The notes beneath the pieces are model-generated. The model was given only the letters and a program-made list of their open reading frames with translations. It was not told the DNA's origin and did no database searches. Both the position numbers and the translations under genes were made by a program. A stretch of 64,000 nt of DNA from Macrostomum lignano (taxonomy: Eukaryota): positions 310,001 through 374,000 of the forward strand of contig NIVC01000829.1 of the NCBI GenBank assembly GCA_002269645.1. Reading direction: 5' to 3'. Shown here piece by piece: positions 1 to 12,682 of this stretch. Each line of letters opens with the position of its first letter. Positions within the stretch are counted from its first letter, which is position 1.

Positions 1-1569
1 GCCGCTCTCGTTCACGATGCACATGCCGACGCTGCTGCCTGCGTTCACCAGCACCGCGGGGAACTTGCCGGACGCGCTAGCGGCCGGGTCATTGTCCGCT
101 GCAATTTTGGGAAGGGGAATTAAGCAAGGCATTATAAAAGGGGGAGGGGTTGTATTGTATTTGGAACAATACTGTGTCAGACATTCAAAAATAAGTGTCA
201 AAAATTACTGAAATAAGTGTCAGACATACTGAAATAAGTGTCAGACATTACTAAAACAATTATGTCAGACATACTGAAATAAGTGTCAGGCATACTGAAA
301 TAAGTGTCAGATATACTGAAATAAGTGTCAGACATTACTAAAACAATTATGTCAGACATACTGAAATAAGTGTCAGGCATACTGAAATAAGTGTCAGACA
401 TACTGAAATAAGTGTCAGACATACTGAAATAAGTGTCAGACAATACTAAAACAATTATGTCAGACATACTGAAATAAGTGTCAGGCATACTGAAATAAGT
501 GTCAGACATACTGAAATGTGTCAGAAATTCTGAAATAAGTGTCAGACATACTGAAATAAGTGTCAGACATACTGAAAAAAGTGTCAGACATACTGAAATA
601 AGTGTCAGACATACTGAAATAAGTGACAGAAATACTGAAATAAGTGTCAGACATACTGAAATAAGTGTCAGACATTACTAAAACAATTATGTCAGACATA
701 CTGAAATAAGTGTCAGACATACTGAAATAAGTGTCAGACATGCTAAAATGAGTGTCAGACATGCTGAAACAAGTGTTAGACATACTGAAATAAATGTCAG
801 ATAGACTGAAATAGGTGTCAGACATACTGAAATAGGTGTCAGACATACTGAAATAAGTGTCAGACATACTGAAATAAGTGTCAGACATGCTGAAATGAGT
901 GTCAGACATGCTGAAACAAGTGTTAGACATACTGAAATAAATGTCAGATAGACTGAAATAGGTGTCAGACATACTGAAATAGGTGTCAGATAGTACTTAA
1001 AAGTGCCAGACCTACTCAAAAGTGCCAGAAATTCTGAAATAAGTGTCAGACACAATAAAATAAGCGTCAGACATACTGAAATAAGTGTCAGACTAACCAG
1101 CAGCAGTCTCCAAGTCCACCAAGCGACCAGAGGAGCTCTTGCAGAAGCACGGGTCGGTGGCCTCGTGCTGATAGAACAGATCTACCGGGTCCAGGTTCTC
1201 CACAGCCCAATAGTAGCCCCGAATCCAGCAGAGCGGCTCCACCACAAACTCGGACGAGGCCCCTAGCAACTGGTTGAACTGCTGCTCGTGCTTGTACCCG
1301 ACGCCCGTCACCTTCACCACGTCGCTACCGTCCCGCTGCAACAGCCGGCACTCCTCCCTGATGATGTCGAGTCCGTCATTGAAGTCGGCATTTTTCATCA
1401 ACAGAAAGTGCATGTTATAGGAAGCTGAATCGCGCTCAGTAATGTATAACATTTTGGTTAGCAAGCTGCCGCTGTCGATGGCCACCCGAGATGATGTGGC
1501 CGGGTCCAAGGCAGTTTTCGGCACAGGTATGACCAAGCGTTCGACTGTAGACGTTGCACTGGATGCCAT
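1..1569 (-). CDS. Divergent type II (eukaryotic) pantothenate kinase-like protein, partial; exons 1569..1098 and 98..<1, continues off the window
   Basis: Exon 1 encodes RVAIDSGSLLTKMLY, VKVTGVGYK and EPLCWIRG, matching the PANK motifs DIGG(S/T)LxK, ATGGGA and ExxCLxKG. Donor G|gttagt at 1097 and acceptor ttgcag|CG at 99 are phase-compatible and give FPAVLVNAGSSVGMCIV, matching PANK (F/Y)PYLLVNIGSGVS. Family match is from memory, not from a search. Confidence 0.8.
175..1092. repeat. 21-bp tandem repeat (ACTGAAATAAGTGTCAGACAT) filling the PANK-like intron
   Basis: Period directly visible; the MSDTYFS ORFs are its translation. Confidence 0.95.
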
Positions 1570-2384
1570 GATTTGGATTAGAACGATTTGAAACTGAATC
1601 AGCAGTTTGGGATTCAATCGGCGTGTCCCAGTGTTGGCGAGATTGGGGCAGAAATATATAAAAGGCTGGTGTGGGCATGCAGCGTACAACAACTTGGGGA
1701 AGAGGCGAGGCCGAGAGAGTGCCGGTCGGAACTGCGCAGGCCCTCTACCCCTCTCTCTCCCTTCTCGCGTCCACTCCTCGCTTGGCTAAGTTAAACGTGT
1801 AGCTCTATGCCGATAGACAGAGGACCGACCTAAGTGTACTGAGTCGTCATGTACACTGTAGCCTGATATATCCTGAGCGTACTCTATCTGGGAGAGTGCA
1901 CTTACAGGAAAGAAGTTTTGTAACGCATAAATGCTGTATTACAAAAGGAATAATGGACTGTAATATAATGTGTGGATATGTATACACTGTACAGCATGTA
2001 CTGATACAGACTGTAATTATTACATGTATCTACACTACAAGTACATTGGGAATAGCAGCATATACGCTAACTTATGAATCCATGGTCCAGTTCCAACCGG
2101 TTTACTGGCAGCATCCTATTAGATTTATGATTTATGACATTCAGCTGTATGTTCTTTTCCTCATATCGTAGCAATTACTAGAGCATTGCATGTACAAACT
2201 AAGGTCAAAATAATCATAGCTTCAAATTTTATACAACAAAAAGGCTGTAAGGTTCCGTCGATCCACCTATGCTAAATCTCAAAGATCTTAATCTTATAAA
2301 TGTACTAAAAATCATATAATTGCAATGTGATCGTTAAGCTATTGAAAACATTAGTACGAAACATGAAACAATGTTGGTGTCTGC

Positions 2385-3715
2385 CACAGTGACAGATGGA
2401 GACCACTCTCACATTGACAGATGGGACTGTCACAGTGGCAGATGGAGACCACTCTCACATTGACAGATGGGACTGTCACAGTGACAGATGGAGACCACTC
2501 TCACATTGACAGATGGGACTGTCACAGTGGCAGATGGAGACCACTCTCACATTGACAGATGGGACTGTCACAGTGACAGATGGAGACCACTCTCACATTG
2601 ACAGATGGGACTGTCACAGTGGCAGATGGAGACCACTCTCACATTGACAGATGGGACTGTCACAGTGGCAGATGGAGACCACTCTCACATTGACAGATGG
2701 GACTGTCACAGTGACAGATGGAGACCACTCTCACATTGACAGATGGGACTGTCACAGTGGCAGATGGAGACCACTCTCATATTGACAGATGGGACTGTCA
2801 CAGTGGCAGATGGAGACCACTCTCACATTGACAGATGGGACTGTCACAGTGGCAGATGGAGACCACTCTCATATTGACAGATGGGACTGTCACAGTGGCA
2901 GATGGAGACCACTCTCATATTGACAGATGGGACTGTCACAGTGGCAGATGGAGACCACTCTCATATTGACAGATGGGACAGTCACAGTGGCAGATGGAGA
3001 CCACTCTCATATTGACAGATGGGACTGTCACAGTGGCAGATGGAGACCACTCTCATATTGACAGATGGGACTGTCACAGTGGCAGATGGAGACCACTCTC
3101 ATATTGACAGATGGGACTGTCACAGTGGCAGATGGAGACCACTCTCATATTGACAGATGGGACTGTCACAGTGGCAGATGGAGATCACTCTCACATTGAC
3201 AGATGAAGGTGACTGTCACAGTGACAGATGGAGTGACTGTCACAGTGACAGATGGAGGTGACCATCACAGTGACAGATAGAGGTGACCATCACAGTGACA
3301 GATAGAGGTGACCATCACAGTGAAAGATAGAGGTGACCATCACAGTGACAGATGGAGGTGACCATCACAGTGACAGATAGAGGTGACCATCACAGTGACA
3401 GAGGTGATCGTCACAGTGACAAATGGAGGTGACCATCACAGTGACAGATGAAGGTGACTGTCACAGTGACAGATGGAGGTGACCATCACAGTGACAGATG
3501 GAGGTGACCATCACAGTGACAGATAGAGGTGACCATCACAGTGACAGATAGAGGTGACCATCACAGTGACAGATAGAGGTGACCATCACAGTGAAAGATA
3601 GAGGTGACCATCACAGTGACAGATGGAAGTGACCATCACAGTGACAGATGGAGGTGACCATCACAGTGACAGATAGAGGTGACCATCACGGTTACAGATG
3701 GAGGTGACTGTCACA
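2385..3715. repeat. Composite minisatellite: 46-bp unit (about 2385-3190) grading into a related 25-bp unit (about 3200-3715)
   Basis: Units CACAGTGGCAGATGGAGACCACTCTCACATTGACAGATGGGACTGT and CACAGTGACAGATGGAGGTGACCAT. Confidence 0.95.
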
Positions 3716-4320
3716 ATTATAAAACCGTGAATCATACAAGCCGGAAGTCAAGTGAACATATCCATTGAGCCAATTGACGCTAGCATTAGAGACAAAAACC
3801 GCAAGTCACACACACACACTCGTTTATTATTTAAGCAATAATTACATACTGATCAAATGAGTACATAATCGTACTATAAAATTATAACAACGCAATCTGA
3901 TACTATATTTATTATTAAGTAAGCAAGCGGAAATGAAAATCAAACACAGTCGGCCGCATACAGTGCTTAGATATGAATAGTGATCAGTCAGTGTTCGATA
4001 GGGAAAGATAAAAAACACGAAATAAAAAATCATATCTGCCTTTATGGTCATGCGACAGACACGAATTTAAATATAAATTTGGCAACATGACAGACAAAAA
4101 CACACACCACACTACTTAGCAGTTTGTTCGCCAAGAAGTAGTAGCTAACAGAGCAAATGCTTAAATATATTAATCTACTAAGATTTTTATTAAAGCATTC
4201 TCGTCCTCAGAACGTAGCAAGAAACCTCTGATAGATTCTTCTTCAGGCAATATTTAATATTGGACCTGGTTGCTAAGGGGATGTTTGCGAAAATATAACA
4301 GCAGAAGAGATAGACTAACA

Positions 4321-5281
4321 TTATCGCACTGATCTGTTAATGACAATGCGATCCAGTCTGCCAGCTCCTGATGCGGTGGACGCCGAGGACCGGCCTGCAA
4401 TGGAGAAATTGATGTAAAGATTAAATTAAGAGTAAGTAAGATGAATTCCATTTGGACGATAAAATGAAATAAAAGATTATGGAGACGAGAAGCTGAGGGA
4501 GGGGAAGAAGAAATTAAGAGAGAAGGTAAAGGAGAGGGTAGAGGGTAAAGGAGAGGGTAGAGAGTAAAGGAGAGGGTAGAGGGTAAAGGAGAGGGTAGAG
4601 GGTAAAGGAGAGGGTAGAAGGTAAAGGAGAAGGCAGAGGGTAAAGGAGAAGGCAGAGGGTAAAGGAGAGGGCAGAGGGTAAAGGAGAAGGCAGAGGGTAA
4701 AGGAGAGGGTAGAGGGTAAAGGAGAAGGCAGAGGGTAAAGGAGAGGGCAGAGGGTAAAGGAGAGGGTAGAGGGTAAAGGAGAGGGTAGAAGGTAAAGGCG
4801 AGGGGACTCATATAGGCGAGCTGATCATATAATTATCATTATCATATCAAGTCAACAACCCACCGCCATTGTCACGCCGGGCCTTAGCAACGATTCTCTC
4901 GCCAGATCGAGCGGGATCTCTCGAGTCCCGATAGTCCCTCGAGTCCCGATAGTCCCTCGAGTCCCGGTGCCTAGATGAATAGGCTGAAATAGAGTCGCTA
5001 TACAGAGTCGGCCCGAGGTCATCGGCAGCGGCAGACGTGGAATGGGCCTCGGCTTTTCTCACTGAGCCGACCGACTGACTGGCGTTTGATGAGGACGCGG
5101 CAGCCGATGCTGGCAGCTTCAGGACGCCTCGGTAGGACAGCGGGCCGGGGCCGCTGCCCTGCCGACTGCGGCGCCTGTCCTCCTCTTGGTGCCGCTCGCG
5201 GTGCCTCGGGGAATCGTCAGGTACTCGACTACGGCTGGGCCACCTGACAGCGAGTGGGATTGGGAGAATAGCATCCATTCA

Positions 5282-5316
<35 letters not shown>

Positions 5317-6233
5317 GCCTATTTATCTATCTACTATCTATCTACCTATCTAACTATCTACCTGCAATTCTAGATGCAAAAAATCGAGCTGCCACCTGTG
5401 TGAACAGCATGGTCAGTTTGGCCAGGTCTGCCCAGGCTCCAATGCCACTACTGGTCTACAGAATCAACCGAAAACTCCGCTGTGACTCCAGAGACGTGGT
5501 CTATGCGATTCTCTGTAAGACTTGTAATGGCCACTGCGGCTACATTGGGGAGACAGGTGGTGCTCTCAAGGTCAGAATACAAGCCCACCTGAGCGACATC
5601 AGGTTGGAAAAAGACACGCCAGTGTCGAGACCTTTTAACTCTGCCAACCACAGCCTTCATGACCTTCGCTTCATGGGCTTATGGTACCTGAGCACTGAGT
5701 GCAAAGCCGACAAAAAAAGGAGCCCAGCGCCGTAGAAGGGACATGGAACAAAAACTGATCGGCTTGCTTTGTACCCGTTTCCCAAGTGATCTCAGACCAT
5801 GCACGTGAGCTGGACACTGTGGCGGTGTACACCAGATCGCGCTCAATTCAAGACATTCCCTGTCCGTCTAAGCTGCCTACTCTCACCATTGCCACGCCAT
5901 AACCCATTTTCAGATCAATAAACTGCAACTACATTGTACACCCTGCTCAATTAGGAGCACAACGTGCGGCCCAGCACCCATTGGACTTTTAAACCTAATC
6001 AAACTGATTTTTATCTCCCGCATTTATTAACTTTCTCGATTTTTTCTTTGTAAAAATTTAAACTAAATCGAGTTATAAACTTTACTTTTCGACCCTGACG
6101 AAGGCCAGCCAATAGGCAGAAATATTGGTCGATTTAAATAAGTTCGATTTGACTAATCACTAAGAGAATCCGACTCTGCGTGCGTGGCTTTGCGTTGGCA
6201 TTCGGCTATTATCTATCTGTCTATCTGTCTATG

Positions 6234-6317
<84 letters not shown>

Positions 6318-6328
6318 CATCTATCCAT

Positions 6329-6389
<61 letters not shown>

Positions 6390-6400
6390 CATCTATCCAT

Positions 6401-6444
<44 letters not shown>

Positions 6445-9400
6445 TTATTTATCTATCTAGATAGATTAGTATCTATTATTATCCTTATTATTTATCTATC
6501 TAGATAGATCTATCTATCTCTCTACCTATTTATCTGTCTGTATGTCTATCTACTACGTATATTCTGACTCTGAGCAAGAGCGCCTTTTCTGCAGCTTATA
6601 CTACAAGACGTACGACTCTACTACGACTACAACTACCACGACAACTACTATTGCTACTACAACTGCTAATAATAATAATAATAATCTAAAACCGATCGGC
6701 AATGCCCAGCCGCCTGTGTCCAGAGGCTGTGCAGGCGGCGATCTGTGACCAGACGCCGCCAACTGCGACTCGTGGCCTGACTGGCTACTTAATTTAATTA
6801 CTGTATATGTATTTAAATATATTGATTTACAATTATTTAAGAAGTCAAAGTACTTTGAGCTCTACATTAAAAATATCATTTATTTCGAAATAACTTTTTG
6901 TTGTACTTTTCAAGCTGCTTAGTCATTAACGTTTTTTTAAAATCTATTTTTATAGCTCCTCACATCTATATTTATAGTGTGTTGTTTTTTTACACCTTAA
7001 AAATAAAGACCAGGAGCTGGCCGAAATATCGGTTTTTTTAAATGCTCGACAACTGACAAACTTCATTTTCTTCCGTGTGCGTGGTTGCAGTTTCAAACTG
7101 CCTTATGCATTTCTTGTACCCAGGACCCGACTATTGAGGCTCGTAGTGTTTGTCGACAAAACCTTCCACGTATATTCTGACTCCGCTAAAAATCTACTCA
7201 GGATCATAATGAGCAAGAGCTCTGCAGCTGATACAAGACGTACGACTCTACTACGACTACGACTATTACTTTTCTCAACGAGAGTCACGATCCGTTCGGT
7301 TCCGTAGTCGCAGGGTCAAACTGCCTGTGACCATGGGGCTTGGCACGGGAGAGATCTGTGCTCAGACTTTCCCACCTGCTACAAGCAAGTCATCTGCTCA
7401 TCAAGTGTGGACCAATGTCTATGAGACAGTCCGTCGTATCTGAATAAATATTTCGCACTATATTCACCAGAATTTCTCTTTACTTGAAAAACTTTTTTAT
7501 TCGAGAGAGCATCCGAGTAGCTAAATGTTAATTAAGCATGCGTACCATGGTCCTTTTCTGGACACACGTATGTTGTTTGCTGTTGAATTGGCCATAATCG
7601 TGTCCATTTCCAAGACCGTTCGTGTCCTGAACACCGAGGTTCGCTTCCTTGTCCGTATTAATGTCCATTCTCCAGTCCGTTTTTATCCATGGAAATTATG
7701 TCCGCTTTTTGTCCATTCAAGTGACCGCTTCGTTGTCCGCACAACCCGGACAAAAAAGCGGACCAAGGAAACGGTTTTGTGCGGACAGGAAACGGACATA
7801 GGCGGAGGACAACCCCAAAATATGTCCGTAAACGTTACCCTTCCTCCGTTTTTTACTACGAAAATAGGCCCAAACGGACACATTCCGGAAAAATTGGACT
7901 TTGGATCTCCGAAAAGACTATAAAAACGGGATTATTTTTACCCCGGCACGCGTTGCAACGTGACCGCCCAACCACATTGATCATTTTATTTTACTCGTGT
8001 CTTTCTATACTACCTGTAAACACTCAACTCTGCTTTAATTTGTCCGTTTGTAATGATTCTTTAATATTATACCCTGATGAAGACCCTGTTCGGGTCGAAA
8101 ATTTGGCTTTTTCTTAGAATCTAATTAAAGAAATTGTGACTTTGCTTCAACTGTGTGTGTGGTTTTGTATTATCTTCTTCCGGGACCAGTGCAGCAATCT
8201 CACAGTTTCGCTATGCCGCCCAAAAGCCGAAGCTGGTACAGCTCGCATCACCGCGAAGCAAGAGAACCTTAACAATCGGATAGTCGTCCACAAGGCCAAC
8301 CACTACCAAGGTGGGCGATCGACTATGAGACGACTAACTCCACAACACGGCCGACAGTATGATCGCCAGCGTGACTGTGATGTGCGATCTAGAAGCCGCT
8401 ATCGCCCAAGGACAGGACGGAAGGCGACCGGCAACAGCTTTGGAATGCAGGGGGGTCGCTGACGACCGCCGCGTCCGGAGTCGCCCGCCAAGTCAAACAG
8501 TTGTTTCGTGCTGCTCACCACCTGGAAAATAGGTAGTTTGACACCATCTGCGAAGCGGAATAAGTCTCAGCAGCTGAAAACGCCAATCCGGCCTGCCATG
8601 CCTACGGAATCTACAAAATCGCGGATTGCTGAGAATGCCGAACAATGTGGGAGGTCAGCACGCTGGACACAATGCAGAGCCACTACGAGATCAGCATCCA
8701 TCATCTAGCTGCTGGACTACTGGAAGCCAGGGAGGAAAAACCTCGGCAGAAGATTCAAGCTGCAGCCCTGATCTGCTGCAATCCCGGCTGAAAAGCATGG
8801 CCAGCAAGTTGAAGGTTCCCCAAAGAAACTAAACCAGCTCTATGGGGGTTCCCATTTTAAACCTTTTGTTTGAGGTGGTGACAAACAACAGGAAATTGTC
8901 CCTCCGGCCTTTCAACGGGCATGGAAGAATCTCCAAACTGACGGGACTTTAACGAGGAACCGAGCATGCTAAGCCATACGTACCGAGGACAACCAAGCTA
9001 GCTCGCCTTTTTATCCGATAACAGAGCCGTTTAAGGGGCTCGATACGCAAATGCAGAATCCAGTTTCCAGTGACCAGGGGCTGGACACGGGGGTGGACTG
9101 TGACCAGGCATCCCTAGCTGCTGCTGATAGCAACAACATGAATGCCAGCCAGGCTAACTATTCCGACTCTTTTGCGACATCCACCGACAATGATGCAGTT
9201 CCGCAGAGTGGATTTGCCTGCATGTACATTCAAACGGCTATCAATGATTTGATTTTTGAAAAAGACGAAAATGTCTTTCTGGTTAGAATGGATGTTGAAT
9301 GCCTAGTACACCAACATTCCCACTGATAAGGGGATGGACGCCATTAGATATGCCTTTCAAAAAAATTCTTAAACCTCAAGGCCGGATAACCTACTTGCGC

Positions 9401-11789
9401 TCCTGGACATTAACTTGAACAAAAATGATTTTGTTTTCAACGACACGCGCTTTCAAGTCAAAGGCACAAGCATGGGAAAGGCTTTTGCGCCATCCTACGT
9501 CAACATCTTTATGTCTGCCTGGAAATCCAAAACTTTAAAAGCAGCCCCGTTTACCCCTTGTTTCTTCAAGCGCTACATTGACGACATTTTTATGGTTTTC
9601 GTTCGGCGGCACTGAAGTCGAACTAAAGGAGATGCACAGGCATCTGAATGAATTTGATAGCAACATATGACTCACGATGCAATACAGCAGGCAGAAGATT
9701 CAATTCTTGGACTGCGGTGTCAGTCTGACTGACGGCAACAATAACAAGAGACTTTCGTGTTCTATCTACCTCAAACCCACCGAGTCGCGCCAGCTCTTGT
9801 ATCCGGGGTCTTTTCACCTAAAGCACACTTTTAAAGGTATACTGAAATCTCAGATCCTCCGTTACGCTCGCCGTTGCAAATTTAAAGAAAACTTTGATGA
9901 GACCAGCAGCAGTTTAACAAGCATCCTGAAAAAAAACAAGGATATTCTGTCCGCTTAATCAGGGATGCCAAGAATTCTGCTCTCATCCAGCTAGGCTTCT
10001 ACATTGATGGTCAGTTTTTCGAAAAGTCCGCTGTGACTCCAGAACGTGGGGCATGCCATTCTGTGCAAGACTTGCAATGACCGCGTATCTACGTAGGTGA
10101 GACTGGAGGCGCTCTCAAAGTCAGACTTCAAGCTCACCTGAGCAACAGACTGGCTAAGGACATCCCAATCTTCAGACACTTTCGGTCACTAAACCACAGT
10201 ATTCAGGACCTCCGCTTTATGGGTCTGTGGTACCTCAGTACTGAGTGCCTGGCCACTAAAGAGGTAGCTCAAAGCAAGCGGAGATATATGGAGCAGAAGC
10301 TCATCGCTTTACCACAGACTCAGACTCCGGCAGGCTCAAACACCGTCATCATTGAAAAAGATGCCTGCATCCTAATAGTGATCTCTTTCACGGACCACTC
10401 TGGGTGAGTTGTTTATCAAATTCACACGGCCATTTCGAACTACACTGCAGAGCTGGACACGGTGGCTGCCTATACTCGCTCACGCTCATTAAAGAACATT
10501 TTATGTCCATCCAACCTGTCCGCAGTAACTAATGGTAGGTCTCAAAGCTCAAACCTCTTTTCAGATGAGCACTAGATGTACAGGTGTACACACACGTTGC
10601 AACGTGCCCGCCCAAACATATTTGGTTTATGCAAGTAAACAAAACAATCTTACATTGTTTTTCTATGCATACTATAAATACTGAACTCTGTTTTCATGTG
10701 CCCCTTTTCATTGATTTTTTAATTATACCCCAACAGAGATTCAGTTCGGGTCGAAATATTGGTATTATTCTTAGAATTTAAATAAATAAATTGTGTTTTT
10801 GCTTGTACTGTATGTGTTTGTGGTTTCTTTTCGCCTTATCTATCTTGTTTCTTTAACTATCTATCTATCTATCATTCTAAACTGACTCACTTATCCACAG
10901 ATCTCATAGAGATTTTAGGCGGCGACGGTCCTTCCTCGCCGTTACGAGCGACGCTAAGATCTTTGCTATCAAACTGAATTTGCCGAATAATTGTCGGCTC
11001 TTTCGCGCGAACATCAGCGGCAGCAGCAGGGTGACCGGAAGTCGCAGCCAGAACAGTTCGTCCTCCAGTAGACGCCACAGCTGGCGGGGCGCCGCCGCCG
11101 CCAGAGCTTCCCACCCCGCCGAGACGGTTGAACACGCTATGAGTCGAAGATGCGGTCGTTGAATTCGAAGATTTTGAATTTGAAGCAGCCGGTGAGGGGG
11201 CGGCGGCAGCGCCCGCCGCTACGGCTCGACTGCTCAAGCTGCTCAACTCGCCAAGGCGGCTGAAGACCGGCCTGTCCGCTTCGGAGGCCTCGTGCAATCG
11301 GACTGAAGCGGCGCCAACCGCTGCGGCTGTCATGGCGGCTTTGAATCCATCGCCTGATTGTAAAAGTGCAAGCGATGATTAGTAAAAGTAAATTTTGGGT
11401 CGAGCAAATTAGCAAGTAAATAACAGGTGCTAAATGCAGTTTTTTCTAATGGTATGCTTCCATAGTGTTTTTCCATAAAAATAGACTACTTGTTAATTGA
11501 AAGTGTTTAACTTTCTTTTGTCTGCCTTTCTGTGTCTGCCTGTCTGCCTGTGTCCGTCTGTCTGCCGTCCTGTGTCTGTCTGTCTTATTGTGTCTGTCTG
11601 TCTGCCTTCTTTGTGTCTGTCTGTCTTTCTATGTGTCTGTCTGTCTGCCTTCCTATGTGTCTGTCTGTCTGTCTGCCTGTGTTTCTGTTTGTTAATCTGT
11701 CTGCCTTTCTATGCTTCTGTCTGTCTGCCTTCCGATGTTTCTATCTGTCTTGCTATGTGTCTGTCTGTCTGTCTGTCTGTCTGTCTTGG

Positions 11790-11822
<33 letters not shown>

Positions 11823-11825
11823 TGG

Positions 11826-11904
<79 letters not shown>

Positions 11905-12682
11905 TTTCATATGTATCAGTCAGCCTGACTGCTAGCCTGTCTTTAGATACCAGTCTGTCTTATTTAATTTTTATTTTATCTGCTGATCAAGAAACATACA
12001 ATCTGATTCAGGCACTGTACGCTTGTATTGTTCTTTCGCACTAATTAATATAAGAAACGTTCTACAGGCATTTAATAGTTTATGATCTGATCCAGAACTA
12101 AATCAAAATACTAACATCATAGACAAACGTACCCAGCTTTCTTTTAGGAGCAGCAGAAGATTGCTGCTGTTGCTGCGGTTTCGACTGTTGTTCCTCCAGC
12201 TCTGGAGCCGCCGCAAAGTGCCTCGATCCATCCCCGCTAGCTACAATTCGACCAAGAGATGCAACAGCTCCTGCACTACTACTGGCACTAGTTCTATCAG
12301 TAGTATTAACCACCATGGTAGGAACTTTTGACTTGTCAATAAGCTGCAAATCCTTCTGCTTTTTTGTAGCAGAAGATGAAGACAATAAAGCCGGCATTAG
12401 TTGAGCTTGCATCGGCTGCTGCTGTTGCTGCTCCCACTTGCTTGCTTGAACTTCATCTTGAGACTGCAAGCTGGCAGTCTGAGGCCAGGTGCTGGCCAAC
12501 TTTAATATACTAATAATGTCTCCCATTCGACGAATGCCCATATCTGTGAGGTGTTCTTTGCGCAGATCGCCCAGAACAGACTCTGTGATTCTGTTATCCT
12601 CAAATATGGCTGCATAGTTTTGTGCATCTGCTGATGGAATGCCAGCAGTGCTAAAGAATTTCCGCCAATATGATTGGCTCAT
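4321..12682 (-). CDS. C19orf47: C19orf47-like SAM-domain protein; exons 12682..12133, 11353..10891, 5243..4864, 4394..4321 (last exon less certain; alternative stop at 4847)
   Basis: N-terminus [27 protein letters not shown]...GDIISILK matches the C19orf47 N-terminal SAM-like domain. Later SVFNRLG and SYRGVLK motifs are typical of the family. All three GT-AG introns are phase-consistent (1, 2, 1). Confidence 0.85.
4525..4805. repeat. 19-bp purine-rich tandem repeat (GGAGAGGGTAGAGGGTAAA)
   Basis: Visible period; lies in the predicted last intron of the C19orf47-like gene. Confidence 0.9.
5380..6195 (+). mobile_element. 5'-truncated Penelope-like element: GIY-YIG endonuclease end plus 3' pseudo-LTR
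   Basis: [40 protein letters not shown] is the PLE GIY-YIG signature. It is flanked by (GTCT)n/(TATC)n microsatellites and is homologous to 10030-10830. Confidence 0.85.
6089..6132 (+). ncRNA. Minimal type I hammerhead ribozyme motif of the PLE pseudo-LTR
   Basis: TCGACC-CTGACGA-A-GGCC(agccaata)GGCA-GAAA-TATT-GGTCGA: perfect 6-bp stem I, conserved core, palindromic AATATT in place of stem III; the G10.1-C11.1 pair is mutated. Confidence 0.7.
6200..6545. repeat. (TATC)n microsatellite
   Basis: Directly visible. Confidence 0.97.
7947..10830 (+). mobile_element. Decayed near-full-length Penelope-like (Neptune-like) retroelement with diverged pseudo-LTRs at both ends
   Basis: RT motifs LVRMDVE (about 9280), QVKGTSMG and RYIDD (9415-9615), thumb FLD..KPT..LLY..S.H (9677-9958), and frameshifted GIY-YIG (10040-10340). 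Regions 7947-8175 and 10590-10830 are homologous direct repeats (GTTGCAACGTG..CGCCCAA..GGGTCGAAA..TTCTTAGAAT..GTGGTTT). Confidence 0.88.
8069..8108 (+). ncRNA. Minimal hammerhead ribozyme motif in the 5' pseudo-LTR
   Basis: CTGATGA-A-GACCC(tgttc)GGGTC-GAAA-ATTT-GG: core and 5-bp stem II intact, stem I weak. Confidence 0.7.
11520..11945. repeat. Degenerate (GTCT)n microsatellite in intron 1 of the C19orf47-like gene
   Basis: Directly visible. Confidence 0.95.

Noticed and set aside
198-1055. MSDTYFS-repeat ORFs
   Set aside because: Translations of the intronic 21-bp repeat
1569-4321. Operon/trans-splicing link between C19orf47-like and PANK-like genes
   Set aside because: Same strand, but 2.7 kb apart with no clear acceptor signature; not supportable from sequence
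7310-7450. Possible LINE 3' end (HLLIKC-like)
   Set aside because: Too short and ambiguous to classify
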